DNA of 64,000 nucleotides from Octopus sinensis (taxonomy: Eukaryota): assembly GCF_006345805.1 (NCBI RefSeq), contig NC_042998.1, forward strand, positions 80,166,001 through 80,230,000, read 5' to 3'. Every line of letters starts with the position of its first letter. Within the stretch, counting starts at the first letter, position 1. Of this stretch, positions 53,041-64,000 are shown piece by piece. Below the pieces are notes generated by a model. It saw only the letters and a list, made by a program, of their open reading frames with translations, was not told where the DNA came from and did no database searches. A program made the position numbers and the translations under genes.

Positions 53041-53277
53041 CATATACTATGAAACTGTAATTAAGTCAATTTAATTAGTCTTAGTAATCACAGTCCCATA
53101 AAATACTATTTACACTACATATGTCTATAAAAAATATCATAAAACCGTAATTAATTCAGTTTAATTAATATTAGCAGTCACTTATGTAAAAATGCGCGAT
53201 TTGCAAATTGGTAGAAAAGTAGCATATCCTTTCTATGTGGCCCCTTTCATTTTTATGTCAGAAAGGATCATTGTTAA

Positions 53278-53632
53278 GGCAGCGAGCTGACAGAAACGTT
53301 AGCACGCCAGGCGAAATGCGTAGCCGTATTTCGTCTGCTGTTACGTTCTGAGTTCAAATTCTGCCGAGGTCGACTTTGCCTGTCATCCTTTCGGGGTCGA
53401 TTAAATAAGTACCACTTACGCACTGGGGTCGATATAATCGACTTAATACCTATGTCTGTCCTTGTTTGTCCCCTCTGTGTTTAGCCCTTTGTGGGTAGTA
53501 AAGAAATAGATATTTCGTCTGCCGTTACGTTCTGAGTTCAAATAAATTAAATACCAGTTACGTACTGGGGTCGATCAAATCGAGTGGCCCCCGCCCACCC
53601 CAAATTTCGGGCCTTGTGCCTAGAGTAGAAAA
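53278..53632 (+). mobile_element. SINE family B dimer (full young monomer plus deleted second monomer)
   Basis: Full monomer to 'gtaaagaaatag', then 'atatttcgtctgccgttacgttctgagttcaaa' restarts and ends with a different 3' tail. Flanked by gaaaggatcattgttaa / gaaagaatcgttgttaa (15 of 17 match). Confidence 0.88.
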
Positions 53633-54715
53633 GAAAGAATCGTTGTTAACGTACATGTTCGACAATTTACCCCACCCATCTCTGTATCTCTTTCTCTCAT
53701 TCACTCTCACAGTGAAATTGCAACAATAAATGGCATTTATACCACTATAATGAAAAGCTTATTTTTTTGTTCAAATACAGTCAAATCTGATCGAGCATGA
53801 AATATTTTTCTTGCTTTTGTTCCGGATGTTCATTTTTTTATATTTTAATACTTTTATTTTGTAATCCTTTAAATTGGACTACCGTTTAGAGGAAACATCC
53901 GGTGTCCTTTAAGACCGTAACTATTTCGAGTAAACAACGGCTTCACTTTTCCAAAGTTACCCGGAAGCCACATATTAGCCATGATATTCAAATTACATTT
54001 TTGTGGAAGGCTCTACTGGATACAACACGAACTGGAGATTAAAGGGCATATTTCCTTTATTTGATAGCCTACTAATTTTGGTAGTTATTTTATCGACTCC
54101 CCGTTGAGAGTGAAAACTAAATTGATTTAACATGAAATATTGTAGTAAACACAAAACTTTCTAGACGCAAGTATTCATTTATTTATTTATTCAGCGCTGT
54201 ATCTTAGCTTTAACTGACCGCCCTTTGCATTAAGTCTATATCTAACTATAAGCGAAGTTCCAGGTTAATATAGCAGTTTTTAATTTACATCTCAGAGGGG
54301 AGAAAGGCAGCATGCCTCTCCGCGAGTGACGAAAAAGAGGAAGTTATCTGCAGATTGGAGATCTTGCTTGAATGCTTACGACAGTGAGACACTCCGCATA
54401 AAACACCTAAATCTCATGCGATAATGTTAAACCGAGCGACGGATTAATGACAGAAGAGTGCAACCGATATATCCCTGAGAGTGGATTCAAGACTTCTAAG
54501 TCGCGAGTTCAAATTCAAGTGAGAGCAGATCAAAACCCGACAAAAGATGAACGTTAGCACTCACAGCCTCCATTGCGGACAAATACTTGAGTGTCGAAAA
54601 AGAAAATAGTGAAACTACCCAGTGGTGCAGCGTGGAGTGAGCTAACCAGATAGGACGGCCTCTTTATGTACGTATGTTTGCTATAGTCGAAGGCACGTTA
54701 GATTTAAGGAAGGAG

Positions 54716-54881
54716 CAAAGCTATCTTAGTGTAAGGACACACTGGGCAGCTGCATGGGGGCCTCATGGGTCTAGAGGCCCAGTTATGATCTGTGTATGCC
54801 GTAGCATGCTATCAAAAAAATACTATAGGGCCCAGTGCATTGATTTGCCCAAGGAGCTGCAAGGCTGTTAAGACGGCTTTG
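54716..54881. mobile_element. hAT-type MITE (166 bp)
   Basis: TIRs CAAAGCTATCTTA / TAAGACGGCTTTG. TSD ggaaggag (54708-54715) / ggaaggaa (54882-54889). Internal gggccc motifs. Confidence 0.75.
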
Positions 54882-55774
54882 GGAAGGAAGCGACCAAAAT
54901 CTACTCAACCCTACTGGAACCACCGAATGAGGAAAGTAATTTCTTTCGAGGACTGTCTTTCTCTCTTTAGTATTTATTGTTCTGCTATTTACATAATTCA
55001 AACTTTAGTTCAATAAGGCAATCACACAATCGAAAACGCCTTTAAGAGTCACTTTTAGAAAGAGCAGTTCGTAACAAGGATTTTAATTTCTATGTAAAAC
55101 TTTCTTTTGATGGCCTACCTAAAATCGGAATCTCTTACCACCCTTGAAAGCTGAAAGAATTTTGTAACAAGAAATATCAGGTTCTCGTCGATACATACAA
55201 TGTGGGTTATCTGTGTCACCGTATGAGAACTCTATCCATCCAACTGACAAACTCCCATCTTCCAACTTTCTGTGAAAATCTATCCCATCGAGTTACTCTC
55301 ACTCCTCTTTTCCCCTATTATAAACTTCTGTGCTAAGCTTTCCAGCTGCAGAAAATACTTGAGCCACTACGTTGCATCGGTCTTTATGAGATAGGGCAAT
55401 GGTTCTCTATAAATTCCACACCATTTATATGAAATCCCTTCTTACGAACGCCGTGGTCTTGTAGAAAATCCCTCCATTCCTGTTCTATATAGTTTTCACA
55501 AAAGGAATAATTGTAAAGGACCGGACTCAGCCGAATGCAACCGACTTTGTTTACAACTAGTACATATTTCATTGACCCTCCCGAGATACGAAAAGCAAAG
55601 TCGATCACAGGAGTATTTGAATTCTGATTATAGAGATAAGACTAAATACTGTTAGACATTTAGCAATAATTTACCATTTCTGTCGAATTTCTGACTTGTA
55701 AACCTCTATAATTAATTGTCAGACACGGCAATAAATTCATATAGCTCACAACATAATCTCACACCATAAATGTA

Positions 55775-56110
55775 GTTTAAGTTTGCTTCCCAACTACGTT
55801 GTTTTGAGTTTAGTCCCACTGCATGGCATTATGGGCAAGTGTCTTGTACTATAGCCCTGAGTCGACCGAAGCCTTGTGACTGGATTTGGCAGACGGAAAC
55901 TGAGCGAAATCTGTTGTGTATATGTGTGTATGTCTCTCCGCATCGCTTGGCGATTGTTGTTGGTTTACGTCCTATAACTTAGCGACTCGGAAAAAGAGAG
56001 CGATAGAATAATACTAGGCTCTAAAAGATTAAGTACGGGGGTCGACATGTTCGACTAAACCCTAAAAGGTGATGTTCCAGCAATGCCGTAGTCCATCAAC
56101 TGAAACAAGA
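55775..56110 (+). mobile_element. SINE family A, near full length
   Basis: gtttgcttcccaactacg...gagtttagtcccactgcatggc...aagtacggggtcgac...actgaaacaag. Confidence 0.85.
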
Positions 56111-56479
56111 CACACATACACACATATATATAATTAGAGGATATGTTAACCTCGTGAAGAGATGGTTGCATTCAAGGAAATACTGGTTCAATACCTAGTA
56201 TTGTTGGGGAATGAGATTCCCTTGAAACAATAGCTGTGTATTAAGTAAATGGTCTGCTGTAATGAATTGATAGACCCACATATAACATTCCAAGGGACAT
56301 TTTTTCTCTCATGAAATTATCCTGTCACATAAATGCAAATTTAATGTACAAAATTGTAATTAAATTATTGAATATTAATTGAAATGGTTGTAAGAAGCGA
56401 AGATGACCAATTTGTAATAACAAGTAATTGTTAACTTCTTTCTTTCTAGTTTTTTCTTCTTTTCACTCTGTATGTGATG

Positions 56480-56539
<60 letters not shown>

Positions 56540-57961
56540 TTGCGTTAAGTATAACGCCTCAATTCTATGACGAAAAAGAAAGGGGTAATTATGATGTTCA
56601 TGGTCTTTCCAAAGATATTGGTGGTTTGGAATATGTGAAATGATTTCAGTTTCGAATCGAACTGAGTTATAAATCCAGTTTCCGTTATCGGCGAACTAAC
56701 TTCGGTGAAATGAGAGAAGGAAACAGTTAGAAAGAAGACGACAGAATGAGAGTGAGGCGCTGGTAGGATAAAAGAATGAATGAAAAAATTAAGAGGAATA
56801 CAGAATAGAAGGAACAAAATAACAAAACGAAGTGGAAGACAAAAGAATTGAAAAAAATACAGCAGAAAAGAGAAAATACCAAGAAAGATAAAAAAAAATC
56901 AAAAGAACGCTTAAAAATTGTCAGAAGACAGTTGAAGAAGCAAGCAGAAGAGAAGACGGTGTCACATAACAGACGCAGTCTTAAGTGACAGTGTGTCAAA
57001 CTTCAGAAAGTATAAACGCAAAACTATTTTTGTTGAGTATATTTTCGAATATGTTGGAACCGTAATGACCGAGTGGATAAGGTGTCAACCTCACGTCTGA
57101 AGTGTCATAAGTTCGTATCATTAAAAGCTTTGCTTAATATTATAGAAAATAAGCACCCGACCCTTTTACTTTCTCGAGGTCTATACTATAACTTAAATTC
57201 AGTGCTACAAGCTAAAGAACACACATATCTAAGCGCAATGGATAGAGTCAGCAAAAGTTAAAGAGTCTTGGCTACTGACACTACACAATGCTGAAGCAGT
57301 GAATAAGAACCAACAATTCTGAAGTTGGATAGTTCGACTCTCAATCAACTCGGCCATCTGCTATTTCTTTAAAGAAGATAGGAACACAGCGAGAACTACC
57401 TGATTAGATTACCAAACTAATTGGAAACGGGCATCTAGTTCAGTGGTTCACAATGTCCACCAGTGGACAGGTAGAATCGTTAGTACCTCGCGGTATTTAG
57501 TTACGATACTTTTGTTCTTCGTTCAGATTTGGCCGAGGTCGACTGTACCTTTCTTCCTTCAAGAGATAACAGTATACAAGTCAAGTACTGTGTTCCATTT
57601 TATATTTTTCTTTAATTACAGCTGAGGTGTGAATGGATTTATAATAGAAGTGATCGAATTATCCTCTCACGCTAAAAAGCAGGAATCTTTATAAAGTCTA
57701 CGTTGATACATAAACTTGTTGCAAAATGCAGTAGATTGAGAAATAATGTCTCATCGCATTGGCTTTTATGGCCACGTATTTGTAGGAATAGCATACAGTC
57801 AATTATAGTAATTCTTGTAAATATATACTGGCCAACAAAGCCACTATGTGATCGCTTGAATGCTACGAATAGAAGCTAGATTTCCCTCAATTCATACCTT
57901 ACTGTTCTTTGTTTTGTTTTATGCAGGGATACATTGTTAATGTAGTCATAGATACAATGGT

Positions 57962-58150
57962 TTCTAATTAAAATTTAAAGGCACAAGGCCAGCAATTTTG
58001 ATGGGAAGAGTATGTATTGAACAACTAACCTCAGCTTTTGATTGGTACTTATCGACTTTGGCAAGATTTGAACTCACAATATAAAGAGCTGGAACAAATG
58101 TCACAAGACATTTCTGACGCTCGAACAATTCCGCCTTCCGCCAGCTTAGA
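57962..58150 (-). mobile_element. SINE family B
   Basis: aaatttaaaggcacaaggccagcaattt...ggtacttatcgactttggcaagatttgaactcac...ccgccttccgcc. Confidence 0.75.
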
Positions 58151-58637
58151 TAGAACGCCCTCAATGATATAGATCTGCCGTCAAAGCTGACTAAATTTGC
58201 TTTGATCTTGTCATAAACATAATTTAGAAGGCTACCGTGATTTCTAGTGTCCTTCTCTATGAAAGCATGAAGCATAAGAACTCAGACGCCGAGATGATCT
58301 GATATCTAATTCATCGTTCTTGTTTCTTATTCACCGCTCTTTGATCGTAAAAGTTCGAAGCTTAAAGAAGTCTGTCGACTTTTTCTCCTAAGCAGCCCAT
58401 CTTCTTATGATCTTGTTATTCTGTCTTCAGGAGAAGGCTGTTGCTTTCTTGCGGGAAGCACGTTTTGAAGAACGGAAAGTTGTAACACTGATGCCTATTC
58501 TAAAAAAAAAATAACCTTTATATCATACCTACAAAACCTAAAGGCATTCTACTCGGAGACAAAGACGGAGTCTCTATGAGGTCATTCCACGTGTTAGAAA
58601 TAATAGCCCAAATCTACCACGGATCACATGCCACAGA

Positions 58638-58993
58638 TCTTTTGTTTCAGTCATTAGACTGCGGCCATGCTGAGGCACTGCCTTGATGAATTTTAGTTGA
58701 ATAAATCGGACCCCAGTACTTTTTTTTTTAAGCCTGGTACTTATTCTATCGGTCTCTTTTGCCCAGCTGCCTTGTTACGGGGACATAAACACACCAACTC
58801 CGGCTGTCAAGCGGTAGTGAGGGACAAGCACGACACATATACGACGGGACTTCTTTGTTTCTGTCTATGAAATCCAAACAAGGCTTTGGTCGGCCTGAGG
58901 CTATAGTAGCAGACACTTGCCCAAGGTACCACGCAGTGGGACTGAACCCAGAAGCATGTGCTTGGGAAGCAAGCTTCTTACCACACAGCCACG
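58638..58993 (-). mobile_element. SINE family A, full length
   Basis: ttgtttcagtcattagactgcggcc...gggactgaaccc...cttaccacacagccacg. Confidence 0.9.
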
Positions 58994-59277
58994 AATATAT
59001 TTGCTAGTGTAGTCCTATACATACAATGAGGAAGTTATAAAAGTTATTAAAATCAGCATTTCGGGTCACTCCTTTTGTCTGAGAGTAAAGAAGATAGAGG
59101 AAGTGGTCTGGCATTTTGGATCTAAGCCAGAGAGGAAAAAAAAGACGGGATGGTCATGGACTTTGATCATAGATTTGCTCGATTAGGGGATGACAGGAAG
59201 TTAAACATCAAATAAGGCATTCAGTTCGTGTGGATTTTAAACGAGAAAATTTACTTCCGATATTTTTTCAACAAATA

Positions 59278-59420
59278 GGCGCAGGTTGTGCGGTTAAGAA
59301 GTTTACTTTGCAACTACGTGGTTTCAGGTTCAGCCCCAGTGCGCAGCACCTGCTATAGCCCTAGCTTGACCAATGCCTTGAGAGAAAATTTGGTAGACAG
59401 AAACTGTATGGAAGCCCGTC

Positions 59421-59456
<36 letters not shown>

Positions 59457-59702
59457 GTATATATATATTATATATACATACATATATATATATAATGTAT
59501 GTGCCTTTGTGTTTGTTCGCCCTCACCGCTGGACAACTGGCGTTGGTTTGTTGAAGTCCCCATAACTTAGCGATTTGGTGAAAGGGACCGATAGGATAAT
59601 TCCCAGACTTTTAAGAAGTACTGGGGGACGATTTGTTCCACTAAACCCTTCAAGACAGTGCCCCAGCAAGGCCGCACTCCAATGGCTGAAACAAGTAAAA
59701 GA
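59278..59702 (+). mobile_element. SINE family A, full length
   Basis: ggcgcagg...gcggttaagaag...ggttcagcccc...(TG)n(TA)n...ggctgaaacaagtaaaaga. Confidence 0.9.
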
Positions 59703-60904
59703 ATTAAATTACTGTTTTGTTTCCCCCACCCCCAATCGTTCCAGTGCACAAAAGTCTATTTGTATCGTGTTTCTTTGTTTTTTATTCACATTTTTATCAA
59801 ATGTTTAAGACTTAGAACAATTGATGAATTAACTATAATAAATATTTTTCAGACGAACACAAAAAATGTAATCATTTAAGTGCTTAAAACATCGTTATAT
59901 CTTTTTGTTTGTTTCTGAATGCATTATTAGAAATGCAAGTGAATTCAGTTTAACTTTTACTCAAGTACTTCACAGACTTGAATATTCATTGTAAACGTAG
60001 GATTCGATCAGATAGCAATATTTCTACGTATTTTATAAACATATCATTCTTATGTTTTGACTAAAATAAGAAAGAGGAGATTCGATATGATTCATTTGCA
60101 CACTATAATAAGACACGTTTTTAAGAAATGTGGAAAAAAATATATCAGAAATTTAATATTTTCAATTTCATAAACAGTACGCTGGTTGCTTTTATGTTTT
60201 GTTGAGAAAACTGAAGAATTGCCTATATACATTTCGAAGTCCAATCACATTACATTTATGTACTGCAACCCTACTCAGCATTGGAAGAATACCATCAGCC
60301 TGATCGATAAAATTCTCCTTTGAAAATTTTCAATCCCTTAATCCATCGTCGTGCTGATTTCCCCTATCCCACTCTTCTGCTGCTACTATAACTGATTGCT
60401 CTTCAGAAATTATCGGTTATATTCTGTCTCCAACCCCAACATCAGCATTCTTCTGGCCACCCGGTCTGTACACATACCTTACGCTCAAAAACCCGCATCA
60501 AATATTAAAATATAAGTCATTCATTGCAAGAATGATCGCTCCATAGAAAGAGTCATTACGTTATATATCAACTCTATGAGTGGTACAATACAAACACAAA
60601 AACATGCATTATTTAATACTGAACAAGATCCACTTTGAACACACTCCGTCTCACGCAACCCACTCGTCTTTTGTATCCGAGAAGGACTTGCACAGGTTAT
60701 GTATAAATCAGTCCTCCACTCTTAAATATAGATAATGCACATACAGAGTAAATAAATATACACAATATTACAAATTTCAAATTTACACGTTAACCCCCAA
60801 ATCCTTAAAAAACTACACTAATAGCAACAATCATGTCCTTCTATTCCCATTTCTTGAGGCTATTCAACAATCCCCGCCTTCTCAAACACGACAATAACAA
60901 ACAC

Positions 60905-60999
60905 AAAGCAAACGCGCATGCACATATACGCTCGCTCGCTCGCTCTAAACCTCACACAACAACACTTGTAGGCACGTACGCGGAATCGAACTACACGCC

Positions 61000-61036
<37 letters not shown>

Positions 61037-61383
61037 GCGCATAACACGCATGCAAGCAAGCTATACATTTGTACACACCAAATCATATGAGAACGTACGT
61101 GTATAATGCGTGTAGAGATTCGCGAGCACACGAACACATAAGTCAGAGACGCCTACACAGGCGCACTCTCGTGCACGCATATACTCGTGCGCGTATGCTA
61201 CAGGTACGTGCAGCACACGGGCAACGACTTGCATATGCCTATACATATACACAGTTATACGAACAGATAAACATATGATGTATCGAGGTGCGCGCTTTCG
61301 TAAACACACGTACACACAAAACTACTCGTAAGAACACACGCACGCAAGCATGCACACGCGCTGCTCGTAAGCACGCGCACACC

Positions 61384-61472
<89 letters not shown>

Positions 61473-61480
61473 ACACATGG
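60905..61480. repeat. CG-containing purine-pyrimidine tract ending in a long (TA)n
   Basis: Seen directly. Confidence 0.9.
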
Positions 61481-61867
61481 CACTCGAATACATTAACTCA
61501 TGTATAAACATATATAAAGCAAACCCACTCGCACATTTGCACATAAAAATGCACGGTGATATACATTGACACACAATGCGCGCGAACACACGCGCTCAGA
61601 CTCACAAACTGTGAAGGCTAACTCTTGCACATACACACTGCATATCTGCTCGCACGAGTGCAAAACACGTACAACGCGCACAACAGATATACCAACACAG
61701 ATGCGTGTAAACACACAATACGTGATAGCAACGAGTCATCAGATGTCAGCTACGGGGGAGGTGGATATAAATACGCTTCTACTACTGTTTATTCTCTGGT
61801 GAAGGTCAGGGCCAAGTCGTGAGCACAAGCACGACTGACCAGTTCAGCTTAGTTTGCGTGCACCGTG

Positions 61868-61919
61868 ATACATACATACATACATACATACATACATACA
61901 CATATATACATACATATAC

Positions 61920-61950
<31 letters not shown>

Positions 61951-62247
61951 CATACACATATATATACATATATATACATATATATATACATACATATATA
62001 CATACATATATATATACATATATACATACATATATATACATATATACATACATACATATATATATACATATATACATACATACATACATACACATATATA
62101 CATACATACATACATACACATATATACATACATACATACATACACATATATACATACATACATACATATATATACATATATACATACATATATATACATA
62201 TATACATACATATATATGCATATATACATACATACATACATATATAC

Positions 62248-62278
<31 letters not shown>

Positions 62279-62283
62279 TAAAC
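61868..62283. repeat. Long compound (TACA)n/(TATATACA)n microsatellite
   Basis: Seen directly. Confidence 0.97.
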
Positions 62284-63418
62284 ACCTAAAATTTACTACT
62301 CTGCGTGATAAAGGTGCTAAAAGGCAAGAAACAGGGAATATTGATCCCACATTTCTGTCATCAGAAAAATAAAACCTGCAGTGTAAATTCTTTGTTTACT
62401 TTTCGTAGTGAGGCTAAAACTGCATGTTATTTTTGAAAAATAGAATATACTCTACATTACATTTGAAATTACTGAAATTTTTGCACCCTGAATAATATCT
62501 TCGCTCCATCTCCCGCTACTACCGACTCTTAACATCAGTCTAACATCACAGCTGGTTCATTCAGTACTCATTAGGGATTTTGCACATACGAACTGGTGAT
62601 GAATCTGCTAAAAGCCCAAGCAAGCACACCAGGTTTAACTTTACTTCAATGGCAAAGGCTATTGTAGTTCATCATTTAGGCAGTTTCAGCCCATTTCAAA
62701 ACAATTATGTGATCAAAAGCATTCCTACGTTGACCACTTTGTCTAATATATATAGATATATATATATATATTTCTTTGGCAGTGGATTTGTTTTGGCTCT
62801 AACGAAGATACTGTGAGGATCGCTCCTTATATTTTCGGTCGATCAATCAATCGATCAAAAATTGAACCATGAACGCACCCAAATGCATATCTGAAAATGC
62901 AGTAAGCCTATAATAGCTAAATAAATGTATATAACCCATTATTTCCGTCTATTTCATATATATGTGTGTGTGTGTAGTTTGATAAGTGCCAATGCACGAA
63001 ACTCTCGGCTCTAGATTCACTCTGTTGCTTCTGCTAAATATTATTATTAATAATAATATATACACACTTGGGGGGGGGACTACATTATCTAATGTTCGTT
63101 TTTTTTTGTTTTCTTTTTTTTTATAAAATACTAGGGTGAGATGAGGGAGATTTGGCTTCTATTTCTACGACCACATAGACGATCTTACACCGGCTATAGT
63201 GTGTTATCTATATGTTTGTATCTGCATTCACTCGTATGAATACAAAAGTACTTTAAATACACTTAGACGAATAAGTCGCAAATAGTTCAAGCGGAACGTT
63301 GTCGGCGTCATTAACAGGATTCACAGGGCACATAAGCTTTTCCTATAGGCGAGACAAATACAAAAAAAACACACCCTCATGCGTAAACAATTTACACCAA
63401 GTGTATATGTGTGTGTGT

Positions 63419-63483
<65 letters not shown>

Positions 63484-64000
63484 TATGTCAGTCTGATTTG
63501 TATGCGGGTGACTAATTTATGACACACGCATATATGCACTTCTACTATATAGGTACACGTACACACACTCATCTTTCAGAAATTAGATAAAAACAACAAC
63601 AAAAACTGTCTACATATCTTCATTTCTCCATCCATTTATAATAGATAGACAGATAGGGGTCTGAATAAAAGGCATGTGAAGAATGCGAATGATACTAAGT
63701 GTAAAGCTATGCAGCTGTTGGAATCACTGGATGGCAGCAAGCTCAGGTCTGTTTCTTGTTTTGTCGCAACAGACTACAAGAGGCGAGGGAACATACACGA
63801 TAGTGTCCTATTGTTGTCAATCTGACTGTTGCTACAAAAAGGATTGCTAGCAACAACTTATACACACGCACACGGACACACTAGAATAATATCGGAAAGG
63901 GGACAGCAAATACAGTTTGTAAAATAAATTGCATAAATAAGACTTAATAAAATTACAAAAAGATAAATGAGAATGAGAATCTCAAAGTGGTTGTTCCATA

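Noticed and set aside
56700-56990. Lys/Arg-rich frame resembling a transposon N-terminus
   Set aside because: Explained by A/G compositional bias, and it has in-frame stops.
63655-63830. Open frame GLNKRHVK...MQLLESLDGSKL and a Cys-rich alternative frame
   Set aside because: Splice signals are weak, and the implied intron would be only about 25 nt.

Overview
This is AT-rich eukaryotic DNA whose repeat content points to an octopus (coleoid cephalopod) genome. That assignment is my recognition of the SINE families and was not database-checked. I found no intact host protein-coding gene, rRNA, tRNA gene or CRISPR array, so the window looks intronic or intergenic. Nearly all ORFs in the supplied track are microsatellite read-throughs (H/T/Y/I or C/V/M/Y runs) or SINE artefacts. 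Supported content: a decayed Tc1 (DD34E) transposase; RTE-clade LINE remnants; several tRNA-derived SINE families, given working names A, B, C, D and an A-head/RTE-tail hybrid; hAT MITEs with 8-bp TSDs; piggyBac-type TTAA MITEs; a Helitron-type non-autonomous element; and many (TA)n/(CA)n/(GA)n tracts. The most interesting observations are sharp CpG-retained versus CpG-depleted domains, head-to-tail self-nested SINE arrays including an inverted young insertion, a fold-back SINE fragment duplicated 1.8 kb away, a pre-miRNA-sized hairpin, and a candidate 59-nt minus-strand exon. None of these demonstrates a new biological system. They are leads. Boundaries of old repeats are approximate (about 10-20 nt) unless TSDs are given.
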